Part shown: positions 63,963 to 64,000 of the stretch, one piece after another
How the letters are laid out: each line of letters opens with the position of its first letter
Numbering within the stretch: the stretch's first letter is position 1
Origin: Squalus acanthias
Lineage: Eukaryota
Length of the DNA: 64,000 nucleotides
Reading direction: 5' to 3'
NCBI GenBank assembly: GCA_030390025.1
Contig: CM059432.1
Location: forward strand, 93,250,001 to 93,314,000
The notes under the pieces: model-generated
What the model was told of the DNA's origin: nothing
The model's input: the letters and a program-made list of their open reading frames with translations, nothing else
Databases searched by the model: none
Translations under genes and position numbers: made by a program

Positions 63963-64000
63963 CTGCAGGAACAAGGCACAACATCCAATTTATTCAAATG

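Overview
Repeat-dense, AT-rich vertebrate DNA. The repeat set (HE1-type V-SINE, Deu-domain SINE, CR1/HER1-type and L2 LINEs, Penelope fragments) points to a cartilaginous fish; this is an inference from family recognition, not a database result. No prokaryotic features, rRNA or CRISPR arrays are seen. Main content: (1) a full-length but decayed ~4.0 kb PIF/Harbinger transposon (225-4234) with TIRs, a GTA target duplication, a HARBI1-type transposase and a convergent three-exon Myb/SANT gene; (2) a second deleted Harbinger and about ten Harbinger-type MITEs, several with 3-bp TSDs; (3) a young CR1 with a 755-aa open ORF2 nested tail-to-tail in another CR1; (4) many LINE and SINE fragments. Most interesting: two Penelope-derived repeats with intact minimal hammerhead-ribozyme cores; a LINE whose 5' end is a tRNA-like Pol III head, shared with a SINE and running straight into an endonuclease ORF; an L1 with 5'-inversion geometry; and a chain of unidentified minus-strand candidate exons, including microexons. 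All alignments and counts were done by eye.
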